Shown here: piece after piece, positions 62,601-64,000 of the stretch
Layout: every line of letters starts with the position of its first letter
Numbering within the stretch: position 1 is the stretch's first letter
Assembly (NCBI GenBank): GCA_000708835.1
Contig: DF237035.1
Location: 156,263 to 220,262 of the forward strand
From: Klebsormidium nitens
Lineage: Eukaryota > Plantae > Klebsormidiophyceae
DNA: 64,000 nucleotides
Reading direction: 5' to 3'
Notes under the pieces: model-generated
The model's input: the letters and a program-made list of their open reading frames with translations, nothing else
What the model was told of the DNA's origin: nothing
Database searches by the model: none
Made by a program: the position numbers and the translations under genes

Positions 62601-64000
62601 AGATGCTGCGGTTGGCGCTTCTGGCTTGGTTTTGGAGATACGAGATGGGGCTTGAAGCTTTGTGTAGAAGATCTGCATTGAAGCAAGATTCATCTGGTGG
62701 CGCACTGCTTGAGAAGAAATTCGCCTAAGCTCACAGCAAAGTGGTGGCAGCCAGTATGGTTGGCAGCCTCATATCACAACTACGTGAGGACTTTCCTTCG
62801 TTTTTCCCCCCCTATTCAAGGGGCGTTGCTTCTGCCGACCCAATTGCAAAGGGAATCACGAAAACCAGAAAGACTTGAGCAGCAGCAAGCAGACGTCTTC
62901 TGATGACCAATGATTAGCTCAGAAAGCTTAGCAGATTCTTGACAGCAGTTAGCAATTTTAATGCCAATTAAGTGAATGAAGGTCCATTTCTCATGCGTTG
63001 ATACAGATGGAGCTTACAGCAGGCATGCCTCCGCATGTGTCAAAAATTGCTCACCTTCTCACAAACAATGCATAGGGGGCAGCCGCCCGCATTCCACTCC
63101 CAACGCAAGTGGGTATTGTGGAGCATTTATTGGTGAGATGTTGACGTGCACCTCGCGCAAATGCTGTATGTTGGCAGCCAGAAGGAACGTTTGTACAGGT
63201 TGCATTCGCCATTTTGAATTCTTCCTGATCGGTGCCCAAAATGAAGCGAAAAGCGCCTCCACCGCAAGCTGGAGCTGGCCTCCAGCTGTGCAGCTATCAG
63301 TATCATTGACATTAGCCAGCATTCGAATTATGCCCGGGCAGAGGGGCTGCTTTGGACTCCAAACGCCGGGAGAACGGAGAGGCGAGAAAAGTGGGAATAG
63401 GCAGATAAGGGAAGATAAGAGGGCAGACTAAGATAAGAGGCGGGGCAGACTGAAAGGAGGGAGAGATTTGGCTGCAAAGGGCGCATTTACACATAAAGTC
63501 TGTACATTTCGCAAGATAATGGAGTACTGCACATGTACACGGAATACGCGTACGTTTTGCAGTCGGAGAATGCATTAGGTGAACCCTTGAGCGGCGTGAA
63601 CCGTCGATGTCAATTGACGGTTTCAATCTGCTCTCAAATCCAACGCTCCTACCATTTCGGCCAATAACAAACCAACTCACAAAAGATGAATCACAAAATA
63701 CACACACAATACAAGAAGTGTGTAATAGTCACACAGGTACTATCGAAATCGAAGTCGAACATGCACATAGACAGACATGTATATGTGTAACGCATGTAAC
63801 GCTTTCGACAATTTGTATCGAAACATTCAAGCGATGGTTCACGCATGGCAAGAACACAGGAGATCGCCACGTGTCCTTTCGAGAGGTGCAAAAAATATTT
63901 CAATTATCAATCAAATTCCATAAAATTGTCCGGGGGCAAACCCTCACAATTGCAGGTAACCCTATCGTGGAGCTGCCATCTGGACACTTCGTCAAAGTGA

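Noticed and set aside
62976-64000. ORFs at the right edge
   Set aside because: They give no coherent protein signal, and I could not link them to the 62378 exon.

Overview
This is eukaryotic, intron-rich genomic DNA with GC-rich exons and GT-AG introns. Gene content and style fit a streptophyte green alga such as Klebsormidium; that assignment is inference. Eight multi-exon genes alternate strictly in orientation as four head-to-head pairs: glutathionyl-hydroquinone reductase (-, runs off the left edge) / non-RD RLK-Pelle cytoplasmic kinase (+); PIF-type bHLH (-) / UBE2W-type E2 (+); thylakoid-lumen TPR protein (-) / ThiM (+); ~21 kb giant coiled-coil gene (-) / RecQ1 helicase (+). A possible small membrane-protein exon lies at the right end. 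Accessory DNA includes two MITE-like elements, an L1/Tx1-like LINE relic, a probable decayed kinase copy and many intronic tandem duplications. The most unusual signals are: (1) tandem duplications of splice junctions in three unrelated genes, creating decoy splice sites; (2) an array of LC8-type QT motifs in a 3 kb exon of the coiled-coil gene, which may be CEP290-like; (3) a recurrent AACTAGAG word in that gene; (4) dense CATGCA clusters in each convergent gap; (5) a +1 frame break in the PIF gene. Exon coordinates were read by eye and no database searches were run. No rRNA, tRNA or CRISPR array was found.
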